Below are positions 26,501 to 38,575 of a stretch of 64,000 nt of DNA, piece after piece (position 1 is the first letter of the stretch; each line of letters opens with the position of its first letter). Source of the stretch: Octopus bimaculoides (Eukaryota); assembly GCF_001194135.2 (NCBI RefSeq), contig NC_068987.1:55219570-55283569 (forward strand), written 5' to 3'. Made by a program: the position numbers and the translations under genes. The notes under the pieces were generated by a model, which saw nothing but the letters and a program-made list of their open reading frames with translations, did not search any database and was not told the origin of the DNA.

Positions 26501-29500
26501 ACAGGTGAGGATTGTTGACAAGGACATCCAACTGAAGAAAATCTGCTTTAAAAAAGCTACATACAATCATGGCAAAGTGGATGTTAAACAATGATGATGG
26601 TTAGAACTGTTGGCTAATAATCACCAACAAACAGTTCTTTTTCATTCATTGATTTTTAGTTCCATAATTTCAAAACTTGCCATATCTTCCACTCTCCCTC
26701 TCCTTAGGCTCTCCTTTTCTACTTTATTATGAATCTTCCTGATGTACAACTTAAGTTACTGTACAGTAATACATGTTTAACCCTTAACCCTTTAGCATTC
26801 AGATCACTGTCAAATATAATCCTTATTTATTCATGTTGTTTTAAATTAATTATGCATTGTCTCGTAATTTTGAGATTTTGATGATATGACTTTATTTTTA
26901 GAATGACATTGTTAAATTGATGTAAGAAACCAGATCTGGCTGGTTTGAACATAAAACAGCTAGAATACTTTGGCTGGCTATCGCTGGTTTAAATACGAAA
27001 GGACTAAGCATTTAAACTAGCCATATCTGATTAAAATATTCTACTTATTTTATGTTCAAACTGGTTAGATTTGGCCTCTCACACCTCCTTCTCAATGTTA
27101 TTCTAACGATTAAAATATCACATCATCAAAATTTTGAAGCTACGAGATAATGCAGAATTAATTCAAAACGATGTGAATAAAGAAACATTACATTTGACAG
27201 AATAATCTGAATGCTAAAAGGCTGAGAAAGTTTATAACGAACTGTTTTGTTGCTTTTTGGGGGTTTTTTTTCATCATTCTCTTGATATCTTTTGTTTGTG
27301 TGACATTAATTGATTTACGTATAAGTCATTTACAATGTGAAATAACTCCTGTATCTCTTTGTATTTTTAGGCAAATATGCCATGAGACAGTTGGTATTGA
27401 AACTACCTTCAGACAATCGGCAATCAGAAGCAACCACAGATGATACCATATGTGCAGTCATTGCAACACTTTATGAAATTATAAAGAAAAACCCAGATTT
27501 TGCTCAGTTAGTTTCCACAGCTACTTCACCAATTGTGTTGTGTTTTGTTTTTTTTTTTCATTATTATTATTATTAAAGCAGCGAGCTGGCAGAACCATTA
27601 GGATGCTGGGGGAAATACTTAGCAATATTTCGCCTGTCTCTGTGTTCTGAGTTCAAATTCCGCCAAGGTCTACTTTGCCTTTCATCCTTTCAGGGGTTGA
27701 TAAATTAAGTACCAGTGAAACACTGGGGTCAATTTGATTGACTAGTCCCTTCCCCCAAAATTTCAGGCCTTGTGCTTATAGTAGAAAAGATTATCATTAT
27801 TATTATTATTATTATTATTATCGTTATTTAAAGGCAGTAGTTGGCAGAATCCTTATAGCATCCAACAAAATACTTAGTAGCATTTGGTTGCACTACTCCT
27901 CATTCTGAGTTCAAATCCCTATTATCATCATCATCATTAAGGCAGCAAGCTGGCAGAACCATTAAGCACACCGGGCAAAATGCTTAGCAGCATTTCATCC
28001 ATCTTCATGTTCTTGGTTCAAATTCCACTGAGGTCAACTTTGCCTTTCATCTTTCTGATGTTGATAAAGTAAGTACCAGTCAGGTGCTGAGGTTGATGTG
28101 ATCAATTCTCTTCAAAATTTCAAGTCTTGTGCCTATAGTAGAAAGAATTATCATTATTATTAATAATAAGATGGTGAGCTGGCAGAATCATTTGCACACT
28201 GGGCAAACTGCTTAACAGCATTTCTTCCGTCTCTTTAATGTTCTGATTTCAAATCATGCCAAAGCTGACTTCGCCTTTGCTCCTTTTGGGGTTGATAAAA
28301 TAAAGTGCCAGTTAAGTACTGGGGTCAATATAGGGCAGCGAGCTGGCGAAATGCTTAGTGGTATTTCATCTGCCATTATGTTCTGAGTTCAAATTCCACC
28401 AAGTTCAACTTTGCCTTTCATCCTTTCAGGATTGATTAAATAAGTACCAGTTACGCACTGGGGTCGATGCAATCAATTTAATCCCTTTGTCTGTCCTTGT
28501 TTGTCCCTTTTGTGTCTAGCCGCCCTGTGGGCAATTAAGAAATAAATATGAGCAGCAAACACTCTTACATCAAAATTTGAAATGATTGTTATTATTATTA
28601 TCATTATTCGGACAGAATTGTTAGCATGCTAGTCAACATGCTTAGCAGCATTTCATACACTGTATATTCTGTGATCAAATTCCATCAAGGTCAAATTTGC
28701 CTTTCATCCTTTCAGGGAAGATAAAATTAGTACCAGCTGAGCACTGATCAATGTAATAAACTAGCCTTCTTCGTGCAAAATTTGAGTCCCTTTACCTATA
28801 GTAGAAAGAATTATTATTATTAGTAGTAGTAGTAGTAGTAATATTGAGCTGGCAGAATTGCTAGTGCACTGGGCAAAATACTTAGTGGCATTTCGTCCAT
28901 CTTTACATTCTGAGTTCAAATTCCGCCAGGGTTTACTTTACCTTTCATCTTTTTGGGGTCAATAAAATAAGTTGAATACTGGGGTCAATGTAATTGACTA
29001 TCCCCCTCCCCCAAATTTCATGCCTTATCCCTATAGTAGAAAAGATTATTAATATTATCATTATTTTTAAGGCAGTAAGCTGGCACAATCATTAGCACAT
29101 CGGACAAAATGTTCGGTAATATTTCTTCTGGTTGTTTATGTTCCGAGTTCAAATTCCACTGAAATCGAACTCTGCCTTTCATCCCTCCAGTCAAATACTG
29201 AGGTGAACGTAATCAACTAATAACTTCCCCTCAAAATTGCTGGCCTTATGCCAAAATTTGAATTTGTATTTTTTTCTCTACATTTCTGTGAAACTCAATT
29301 GCTTTGATGCAGCAATTATTCTGGCTGAATCAAAATTCTCAGAACAATTATGGGATTGTCAGCCTTATTTTAAAGCAATTTATTCAAAATATATGAAATT
29401 CATGTGATTGTAAAACCAAATAAGACTTGAGTGGTGCTGATTGCATTTTATGTTATGTATGTATACTGTAATAGACCTCTCATCTGGCTTCCAGAAATCC

Positions 29501-32500
29501 AGGAACATTGTGTAATCTACTGTATCTTGTATTTAGTAAATAGATCCCCTATTTGAAATTGATTTATTTGCCTACAGTGTGTTAAAAATAGTTTTGTTCT
29601 TTACTTCTTTAATTGGATTGATAAAGATTAAGCAGATTCTGTTTTAGAAGTATATTAATTTGTCCAGATAGCTGTTAAATAAAATCCTGTCCTTTAATTT
29701 TCATCATATTAACACTATACTTTATACATAATATATGATATAGCTTGTTTTAGAAGTATATTAATTTGAATCTGTTATAGCTCTTTACTTTTCATAGTTT
29801 ATCTTATATTTTAAATATATATTTAGATTGTCTCCAGAAAATCTTAAAATCCAGAAATTCAGGACACTTCTTAAATACTTGCCAGATAATAGGTCCAATG
29901 CTGTATTTGTATCTATCGTTAATGTGTATGTCTGTCTATTTGTATCTATCGTTAATGTGTATGTCTGTCTATCTATCTATCTACATATATATATAAATTT
30001 GTTTAATCAATCTACTTTCAGTTCACTATTAGCAGAAGGTGGAGTCAGCCGTTTAGTATCGATAACCCAATCCGAGGGAGCTTTTCTAGAAAAAACAGTC
30101 AGATATTCAGCCATGGTAAGTTTGTGTCTTCATTACTCAAATGTAATAACTGAGAAGACACCATAAAGACTTGATTCAGCAAATGTCAGTGTGATAAAAT
30201 AACTCAAATGAGGCATGTTAATGTGTTACAATAAATAGCTTATATTTCAGGTAGAGTTATTCTATTTAGTTCCTTAAATATTGTGGTGCCGTAACTGTGG
30301 TTCCTCTAATATTGCATGGCCATGCCAGTAGTGTTAGGAAGTTTACTTCCCAACCAGCTGAGTTTTTTTCACTCATTCTCACTGTTTGGCACCTTGGGCA
30401 AGTGTCTTCTTCTGTATCTCTGGGCTAACCAAACCATAGTGAGTGGATATGGTGTACAGAAACTAAAAGAAGCCCTATTGTGTGTTTATGCTTTCTTGAC
30501 ATCATCTAATAGTTGTAAATGAGTCACCATCATACAAGTGGTATCATTCATTTGCAATCTTCCATTGAAACATGTCTGGTCATGTTACTTTGCTTGGAAA
30601 CTGGTGAGGATTGATAACAGGAAGGCCATCCAGCTACAGAAAAATCTGCCTCAATGAATTCTGTCTTACTGGCAAGCATTGAAAAGTAGGTGTTAAAATA
30701 ATAATGATGATGATTGCCAACTGGTCTCTCTCCAGAAAATTAGATTTTTAGTCATGCCATATTAACATGGCTTATGTTTTCTATTTTTTTTACCATTCCT
30801 TGTTTTATACTGATAGGCACCAAAGATCAGTGTACTCTCAGTTAATCAATCTGGTTTCTATTCCAAATTTGGTATTATCTTCAAAAGATATGAACATCAC
30901 TTATCACCATTTCACTATACTTTTAATTATTTTTCTTCCTATTATCCTTAGTATAGTTCTTAAAAAATATTGTTATAATAAGAATAAATTGTCAACAAAA
31001 TAATATTGAATTTATTCTGCTTTAATATGCTTTGGTAGGTTTGACTGTTAATTAATTCTCTGTTGTAAAAGGACTTTGAAACACTAGTGTTTCGACTTCA
31101 CTGTATGTCTCATCAGTGAAAGCTACCCTGCCAGTTGAGCTCTTTATAGGAATCTACAAACAAATTATTTGTTGATGTGTGCTGATGTCTACCAAACTGA
31201 TACTAATTCATAGGATGCATACAGAAAAACAGAAATCTAAACAATAATGTATCTATTAATCCCACATATATTTATCTTTCATGTAATCAGAATGAATGTT
31301 ATTGCAATAGATATCCTAGTTATTTGTTCAAACTAACGTAGCTGCTTTGGAGGACAAATAGCTATGTTTAAGGTTGTCAAATTTCTACTATTTTAACTCT
31401 TTAGCATTCAGATTACTTTGTCAAGTGTAATGCTTATTGACATACATAGTTTTGAATTAATTATGCATTATCTTTTGGCTTCAAGATTTCAAGATTCTTA
31501 CTATTATATTGTAGAGTAGGTGTGAGATGTTGGATCTGGCCAGTTTGAACATAAAGGACGCAGAATAGTTTGGCTGGATATGGCCAGTTTAAATGCTAAT
31601 TAATGGGTTAAATGCTCAACAACTTAAAAATAAATGGACAGATATAACTTATATAAAGGAAGATTCAAAGCAAGCATTCAATGTTCTTCAATTTTGTTTT
31701 ACTTTTTGTTAGCTGTTTTCCTTCAATGTTAACTTTATATATTTTTTCTTTTTTGTGTTTTTTTAGGTGCTTCACACTATGTGGCAGTTTAAAGAACTTA
31801 GCGGAGAATATAGAAAACAGGGCTATACAGAAACTGATTTTATTACAAAAACTTCAACTTTCAGGTCTCTCCACTTGAATTTTTGCTATTTTATGTGTGT
31901 GTGTGTGTGTGTGTATATATACACAGTTGAATGTGCATGTATGTGATTTAATTTTAAAATAAGTTAATTTGATGTGAGATTAAATTCCAAGTTATAACAA
32001 CTACAAGCTAATTTGGATCTCTTTATGCTGCTATTGCCATTCAGGAAAGCATTAATGCCAAATCTCACAGTCTCATTCTTCTTTCCCTATAAAAAGTATG
32101 GTTGATGCAAATATAAATGTTTCATAAAAGACCTAAGCAATTCTATTAGAAAGCATAAGTTTAGCAATTGGGTGACAATGATGGTAAACAAAACATATAA
32201 GAGGATTAGAATGCATTGGTCTTCAGATCAAACTACAGACAGTGTGAACTGGGTTTTTTTTCTCTCCAATACCAACCAACATTGGAAAATATTTCTTCAT
32301 CATGTAAAAAGTTTTTTATTATAGCAATGGATTGAGCTGTGTGCATTATTGAGGCATGAGCAAGATGTGTGATTACTAGGTTATCGGTAAATGACTGATG
32401 ACATTTCCCATGCTTGCTAGTGTCATGCTGTGGATCCTAAAGCACAAGTTTTGATGCTTTGCTTTCCTGGTCCCTCATGCAAAGATGTCATTCTCTGATC

Positions 32501-33823
32501 TTGTTGGTCACTTTTGAAAGGTTTCCATAGAGGTGCTCATTGATCGTATGCTGTTTCTATATTGCATCCTTGTGTTGTTGGCATTCCGTCACTTACGACG
32601 TTGAGAGTTCCAGTTGATCCGATCAACGGAACAGCCTGCTCATGAAATTAACGTGCAAGTGGTTGAGCACTCCACAGACACGTACCCTTAACGTAGTTCT
32701 TGGGGATATTCAGCGTGACACAGTGTGACAAGACTGACGCTTTGAATTACAGGCACAACAGAAACAGGGAGTAAGAGTGAGAGAAAGTTGTGGTGAAAGA
32801 GTACAGCAGGGTTTGCCATCATCCCCTGCCGGAGCCACATGGAGCTTTAGGTGTTTTCGCTCAATAAACACTCACAACGCCCAGTCTGGGAATCGAAACC
32901 GCGATCCTATGACCGTGAGTCCACTGCCCTAACCACTGGGCCATTGCGCCTCCAATCCTTGTGTAGTAGCTATCTAAACTTATCTTTGTTCAGTAAGTGT
33001 CCATGTTTCATGACCATACTAGATCACTAACTCAATAATAACAAGGAACAGTCTGATTTTTGTTCCCCTTTTGGCAGTCTTGACTTCCATATTCTCTTGA
33101 GTTTTTGACACATTGTCCAAGTTTGTGCTTTTCTGACTTTGATGTCAGCATTGGAAATGTTTCCCTATCTACCAAGATACCTGAAACGCTCAAGTGAATT
33201 CATCTTTGATCTATTCATTGCTTGCAGACCAAGATCTTTGGTTTGGTTCAAGGACATGTACACTGTTTTCTTCACATTTGTGTTGAGATCAAGTGTATGT
33301 GTATATTACAAGCAAACCCAAGTCAATTTCTCTACAATATAACTGACTACTGTGTATATGAGATTTTAACAAATATCATTTATCCATTCTATAGGACCAG
33401 AAAAATGGAGAAAACCAATTCAAATAACAAAATTGTGAACAACACTCCAACAAGTACGCTGAATCGTCCAGTTTCTGGTCAAGGTTATGATGACAGCACA
33501 TTGTCCCCAACACGGCCATTAACAAAGAACAGTGTTCCAGGCACTTACCCTCCCCGAGAGAACCAAGATGCCAACATGGGCTGGCTGCCAAAAGGCAGTA
33601 TCTGTGAAAATGGCAGTGGTGGTGGCAGTGCTGGATCAGGTAATGCATGGCATTAATTTGTCCCTTTTTTATTTTTGTTGTAGTGTTTTTGCTTTGTAGT
33701 TATCAGTTCATCTTAAAAGTTTTTCTTGTTTTTTTTTATACCTTCTCGTCCTATCTATCTTTATGCACTATTTCAATGTTGTCTCTTTATCAAACTGTCT
33801 TCCTCTATGTATATATGCGTGTG

Positions 33824-33867
<44 letters not shown>

Positions 33868-36800
33868 TAAAGTGAGAAAAAATATGAAAATTAATCATAG
33901 ACAACACGTAAAATACACAAGATACAAACAAGGTTGCTGTAATTGACTGAGGGTCAAGGCAAGTTTGGTGTCCTGATGAACAGAATTCTGCACTTGCCCT
34001 CAGCATGCCCAATAACAAGTATACAAAATTAAGTTAACTCATAAAAGTAAAACAAAGGAAATCCAGGACAAAGTTAAAGAAAGATTAAAATTTTATTATA
34101 TATATTTATATATTTAAAGTTTTAATTAGAAAAAAAAAAAGAAACTAGATCTCTACTTTCTTGGAGTGCTTGCACTCAATGTGGAAAAGAGGTCATTGGT
34201 AGGAACTTTCTATTGTTATTTGTGTAAACTGAGGGTGTACAAAAGATACAGTGTAATTGTGTGTAGGTTGGCAATAGGACTTTACATGCAACAGGTGCAC
34301 AGGAATATTTAGTAGTATAAATGATATACAATCTTTCAGCTGCTCAGAAGGTTTGATAGAACATTACTTAATCAGTAGAGGAAGTGGGTGTTGCAAGAGC
34401 CATAGTAACCTAAGTAAGGATTGGGTGGGAAAAGCTTAGAAAACTATTGTCTTTGTTAGGTACAATATAGGGTATCTCTTTCTAAATGAAAGCTATTTGC
34501 ATACAAAAACTGATATTGCATTGTAGTGAAACATGAGCCTTAGATATAGAGGATATGGGAAGGCAGGAATAAATGATTTGGACACGCTCTGCTGGATGTG
34601 TAAGATTACTGTGCTTGATTGACAAAGTACACATGAGCTGAAAGAGAAAATAGATATTAGAAGAATCAGTTGAAATGTTCAGGAAAGAAGCTTGCACTCG
34701 TACAAATATGTGAGGTATTGTAAAGGGTGATAGCTAGGCGAGAATGTGCATGACATACAATCAATGAAGGAGCCTATAGAAGAGGAAGAAAGATGAATTC
34801 AGATCTCAAAGTGCTGAACCTCATAAAAGAGATAATGATGGATTGTAACTAGTGGTGAGATGCTGTGTTGGAATAGGCCCAGACAACTATGCCAATGTGA
34901 AAAATATTGATGAAAATGATAACGATGATTTATTTCAGAGCTGTCCTTGGTTGGAAACAAATCAAGTACATGGAAGAATAGTCATGTTAGCCCTTTTGAA
35001 AAACACACTTATCTACTGTTATAGTCACCTCTTGTTTTATTTCTTAATAGTATTGTCAAAACAGTGTGTCATACATCTACAACCTGATCACTGTGTCACA
35101 CAGCTGAATAGTGACAGTAATCTGGTCACAGATGTATAACAAAACTATTTTTGTCACCTTATAAAGAAATAGGAGTTAATGTAACAGTATACCTGTGTTT
35201 TTAAATGATTAACATAACTTTTCTGCAATATGATATATAGATATATATGTGTGTGTTTGAGTACATATATATCTTAAATGTCTTTATATTTTATTCAATT
35301 CCATCTCAGATGTTTAAATTTGAGTGGACAAAAAAATAACAAATTCTCATGTTTCTCGCAAGGCCTTTCTTTGTAGTGACCCTGCTTGAAATGTTTGAGT
35401 TTTTGTTTCAGTACACCATACAAAGTTTTTTATAATTGCAAACTCCTTTTGCTGTTCAATGACAGTTCCTGAAGAACTGTGAGTTTTTTTGTTCTCAGCT
35501 TTTGATTAGCTTTGATTGCAAGGAAACTATGGAACTCAATAAATGAAATAAAATGACTAGCATGCAAAAACACTGTTGAATGCCGTATAAATTTTCTTTC
35601 AAATTTTTAAGGTATGCAATTCATTCGATCCTGTTGCTGACATTGCATTACACTCTTGGGTGAAGATATTTAGTTCTTTATCCTTGTATTCCTAGCTTAC
35701 TGAAAAACAATCAAAAATCCATATTTCTTTGAACACTTTATACTTTCTGTGTGGATGTTGCTTATTATGGGTTGAATACCTCAAAAAGCTTTAATTTTAT
35801 CTTTAAGACCTTTTACTCTTATTTTGCCAATGGAAATATTTCATTAATCTCACCATCGTGTGAATAATTTTAAAAAAGTGTGTGTGTGTTCAGTGTATAT
35901 AAAGCTCTTTTTTGTTTCTATACATAAAAATATAAACAAATGCAGTGAGTGTGCAGCTATTGTTTATCCAAGGTCTGCGTTGACCAAACAGATCGATAGT
36001 CAATAAATGTTCCAGCTGACCATCCCAGCTCTATGTATATCAGGGATGAGAATGTCCAATGTATTTTCTTTTGTAATTTGAGAGGGGACTGCCTTCTGTG
36101 TCTAGCAAATCAAATAACCATTTACAGGTTCCCCTTTTGGTACAAACATATTGTTTTTCATGCTAGTGTGCCTGACAACTCATTGAACTTTTTGAAACAC
36201 AGAATAAAGAATTTAATTGTCTAATGGCTATGTTCTTTGTCTTACACACATCATATTTGTTAGGTTATTAGCTTTCTGCTGAAGAAGACCACTCCTCATT
36301 GAAATATTCTATACATTTAAAAAAAGCAGAGTAAATATTTATTTTATTATAGACCTCACAATGGACTCTGAGTCATGTTTACGCAACACATCTTCAGGTG
36401 CTGATTCTAACCTTTGACGATGTGTTTGTGAACACAAAACACTGTGCTCCTTGCAAAATGGATAGATATTTGTCATTTCAATTTAATTATTTTTCAGTTT
36501 GTAAATAAATAAATAAATATATATATTTCTAAACTCTGTCTTGAGTGGATGTTTGTTAAGGTAAAAGAACTTGTGAGCTTTATTTAGTTACAGTGTAGAT
36601 CTATTTTTTCCTTTGCATTTTATCTTTTGTCTTCTAGTGACAAGGGGAAGCATGTCTCATAGATATTTCAACGGTGAGTCTTTTGCCAAAAGAATGTTTG
36701 CTTACTGTGTGCCATCAATAATTTTTTTAAAAATCATATAATTACAATAAAATAAAGCCCATGGTTGTCTCATTCAACATTTGCTTTGAATCCAATTGAC

Positions 36801-36879
36801 TGATTGCTAAAAATCCTGCCAATATCCCTACCGGGTGGTAGTTCACTGAAGTTTGTTTGGCACATGAAATTCATTAAAA

Positions 36880-36910
<31 letters not shown>

Positions 36911-38520
36911 GTGGGCATGGTTGAAAGGTTTGAGGACAAAAGCAATTTCTTAACAATTTCAAGTACTCCTTGTTGAAAAAATGGCTGGTAGTGCAATAGA
37001 GGCTACCCTCAAATTTTATGGAAGGTGAATGAGAGTGGCATAATTGGCATGACTAAATGGATCTGCTATGCAACTCTCAGTTGGCAGTAGGAACTCGGAG
37101 AAGGTGTTTACCTTTGTGTATGTTTCTTAATCAATAATTCACTATTGTGTGTAGGATAACCCTTACCTCAACCACTCTTTTTGGTCATCTCTAATTCAGG
37201 GATCCTTTCATTTTGTTGCCATTGTTGTCTATTTATTCATGTTTTGTTTTTTTTTCTGTTATTGTAGGTCTTGTCTTTTTTATTCAATTTAATTCTCTTC
37301 CAACTAAATTTCTCCACAACACACACTTCTCATTTTGTCCTTGTATTGCCCCCCCCCCCCTCCAATCACTTTTGGTTCTTGTGGCTTATAAATGAAAGAG
37401 AATACAGAATAATGCTTTTCCTTATTACAAATTGCATTCTAAAGTTAAATTCTGCCAAGGTTTATTTTTGATTTTCTATTATTTATTTATTTTGTATTTC
37501 TGATTGCATATTACATTAGAAATAGCAGTAATACACTGGAGTTAGTTACTGAAACTTGCTTGCATGCCTAGTAAAAATTATTGATGCTGTAGCTACTGCA
37601 ACTGTCTTTGTTGCTCTTATTTTAAGTATCAAGTCAAATATTGTCCTTGTTTATATAAGTAACAACTTCTTTATTTTGCCATTTCTTGGATGTTTGGCAC
37701 TCGATAGATATATGCTTAGACACAGACACAAGATGATAAAATAATTTTAGTGTCCAGAAATATTTCATACACAGTTAAATCTATTTACATATATAGTTTG
37801 GTACAATCACACTGTCTTGAGGTTTATAGCCTCTTTTCAATCCAGGCATTTCTTTCCATGATATAACTCTCATATATCTCTTCTGATGGTACAGTGTCCT
37901 CAGTTATGCTTTTATTGATGCATTTTATGTTTTAGGCTCCATTGTGTGTGCATATACACACACACATAATGTGGAGTTTCACATATTCCATGTCTTTTAC
38001 ATATTGTTTATGTATTGATACATGCATATAGATATAATCTCAACATTCTTTTCTTACATATGCATACACTTATTTTGGTTCACTTTTTTTTTTGTTTTCC
38101 TTTTTACACACACACACACTTTGCTTTTATCATACAGTACATGTCACCTTATATTGATTATCAGAGTGATTGTCTGACAATTTTTGCGAGGTTTGGGGAT
38201 TTTTTTTCGTTTTTTTACACAAAATAGTTTTTTCTTCCTCGGGTATGATGTAATCTTGGTTGTCAACTTTCTTCTTCTCAGTAGTTCAGCCTTGAAATTA
38301 GTTTTGTTTCTGACCTTTTCTCAGTACATGGTTACATGTTGCTAATAGTGATACCGGAACCTATTTGTTTCTTTTGCCTAACCTTAATTGTTCCTTGGTC
38401 TTAATCTCATTCTTTTTTACCTTCTCTCTCACTATCCTCTTTTTGGTAATCTTCTAATTATGATGCAGTATCACAGCAAATGGAGCCATCATATGGTAGT
38501 TCATAAGATACGTGTGTGTG

Positions 38521-38575
<55 letters not shown>

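Noticed and set aside
27576-29270. Repeat-spacer-like periodicity suggestive of CRISPR
   Set aside because: Eukaryotic intron; units are about 200-bp degenerate SINEs, not identical short repeats with unique spacers; no cas genes.
35595-35620. AG|GT recursive-splice-like sites (ttttaag|gtatgc; also tcttag|gtactt near 56600)
   Set aside because: Weak matches that are common in AT-rich introns.
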